Assembly (NCBI RefSeq): GCF_048593235.1
Contig: NC_133618.1
Location: forward strand, 505,319,675 to 505,383,674
Direction of reading: 5' to 3'
Length of the DNA stretch: 64,000 bases
Source: Sminthopsis crassicaudata
Lineage: Eukaryota
The notes under the pieces are model-generated. The model was given only the letters and a program-made list of their open reading frames with translations. It searched no databases and was not told the DNA's origin. Shown one piece after another: positions 62,127 to 64,000 of this stretch; positions within the stretch are counted from its first letter, which is position 1, and every line of letters starts with the position of its first letter. The position numbers were made by a program, and so were the translations under genes.

Positions 62127-62899
62127 GAATATAGCATTAAAAAGGTCAAGATCAGAAGCTGAATTCTCAAGTCAGGCCAGTAACCTTGATTCTGTCACTG
62201 CCCTTAAGTTATTAATGGAGAATCCAACACAAAAAAAAGGAGTGGTGGCAAGAAAAGGGAATTATGCTTTGAGAAGTCAAAGAAATGATTACTAGAACAG
62301 TCTTTTAAGACTCCTTTTCCAGAAGCAGGAGTAGTATAGATTTGAGGCATCCAGGCAAAGATGGTCAAGATGAAAATGGTACAGAGGGAGGGATGAGCTT
62401 CTCCTAAGCATAATCTATAGAAATTTGTTTTGGAGAAAAAAGGAACAGCAGATGGAAGGATTGAAAAATGTTTGGGACATGCAGGCAGACTGTAAAGACT
62501 CCTACCAGCTGAGTGGATCCTCTTTTTTTTTTTTTTTTCTCCTCAATTCAATTCAATTCAATTAAATAAGAATCTATAAAATATCTACTACATTCTGAGA
62601 ACTGGGTGGAGATTATTAGCATTCTTCCAAGACTAGCATCAATCAGTATCTGGCACAAAGAGCTAGGTTTTGATCAGTAAGATTAACAAATTCTCTGCCT
62701 GGTTTCATTATTTGAATTTGCACTGAATATTTCCATTGGATTGGAACCAATTAACATATTTTACATAATTACAACTTTGAATAGTGAGTGAAATTTCAAA
62801 TATATAACACCACCTCAGGAGATTCATTATCCATACTAATCTGGACTTAGTTGCAGTGAATACTTAAGATTCAAAAAAAAAAAATTTAGTTAATTACCA

Positions 62900-63260
62900 T
62901 CTATATAATACCTTAAGATTTACAAAGTACTTTACATATATTATTTTGATCTTCAAAACACACTCAGTAAGGTAGGTGCTATTGTTGACATCATTTTACA
63001 AATGAGGAAACTGAGTCAGAGATTGTTCACATTCCCAGGTAAAATGCTGGTAAGTATCAGATGTTGGATTTGAATTCAGATCTTCCTGACTAAGTTCAAA
63101 TCCAACTTCAGACAATTGACTAATTATGTGAACACAGGTAAGTCACTTAACTGTGACTCAGTTTCCTCATTTCTCAAGTGATATGGAGAAGATATGACAC
63201 ACAAAAATCCTAAACATGGTCACAAAGAGTCACAACTGAAACAAATGAACAACTTTCTGA
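62900..63260. mobile_element. MIR (-) and MAR1-like (+) SINEs
   Basis: CATTTTACAAATGAGGAAACTGAG and AAGTCACTTAACTGTGACTCAGTTTCCTCAT cores. Confidence 0.65.
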
Positions 63261-64000
63261 CTATGTCCAGTAGTCTCTCCACTGCTGTTGTTCTTAACAA
63301 AATTCAAAGTCTCTTTTCTCAGGGAGCTTATATCCTCCAACATCATATAAGATGATTATTGCTATCTTATGAAACAATAATTTTGATGTAGTTTCAGAAG
63401 AAGCTAGGTACAGTGATTAGAATTCTTGAGTTCAAATCTGATCTCAAATACTTAATCATTTTACCTCAAAATCTGTTTTCTCATCTGTAAAATGGAGATA
63501 ACACCATCCTCCCCAGTGTTATTGCTAACCTTAAAGTACTATACATATTCTAGTGATCATGATGATTTACTCTGTTTGTAATGCTCTTTTAGTATTTTCA
63601 TGAATCCATGGTTTCATCATCATCAGTACTCCCTCTAGGGCAGATCAAACAACTCATCCACTCTTTATTCTCAGTCTCCTTCAATACATCCACTATGGGG
63701 GAAACCTAAACAATGTGTCAAAGGCTTAACTCTTGATCTTTGAACAGTCCACAGCATACCAAAACTATATACTCAAGATAGGCACCTCTTGTTCAAATCT
63801 ACATATTTTCTTGATAATAATTTAAGAGAAATACTTTGGATGGATAATGCTTATGAACAATGGGTAATGTGGTAATGTGGGCCCAGAGATAAAACTAAGA
63901 AGAGAATAATTCAAGAAAATGCTCAACTCCTTTTGCTGATTCCCAAGGCTTCCTCTCCCCCTGCCCAACAAGTGCAATACATACATACATACATATATAT

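Noticed and set aside
1-64000. tRNA, rRNA, snRNA genes, numts, CRISPR arrays and processed pseudogenes
   Set aside because: None recognised. The tRNA-like sequences are SINE heads or retroviral PBSs. A tRNAscan, Rfam or BLAST search would be needed to exclude them fully.
1-64000. L1 strand bias as evidence for host gene orientation
   Set aside because: L1 fragments occur on both strands, so no inference is supported.

Overview
AT-rich marsupial genomic DNA, probably Australidelphian or dasyurid (inferred from WSINE1/MAR1-type SINEs, marsupial L1 3' UTRs and RTE fragments). It looks intronic or intergenic, and I could not support any host coding exon. Most of the window is decayed LINE (L1, L2, L3/CR1, RTE), CORE-SINE, hAT MITE and solo-LTR relics. 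The main feature is a very young 3,505-bp betaretrovirus-like provirus at 58622-62126 (+). It has two 464-bp LTRs that look identical by eye, a 6-bp TSD (GAATAT), a PPT and an intact 607-aa gag. It has no pro, no RT and no env, only a broken integrase C-terminal stub. Unusual details: two tandem primer-binding sites (tRNA-Lys1,2 and a tRNA-Lys3-like one), a retained gag-pro -1 frameshift signal leading to a stop after 20 codons, a Gag C-terminal tail with a 15-aa duplication, no canonical late domain, no canonical poly(A) signal in the LTR, and a TATG array before the PPT. Repeat family names and most old-repeat boundaries are by-eye approximations.
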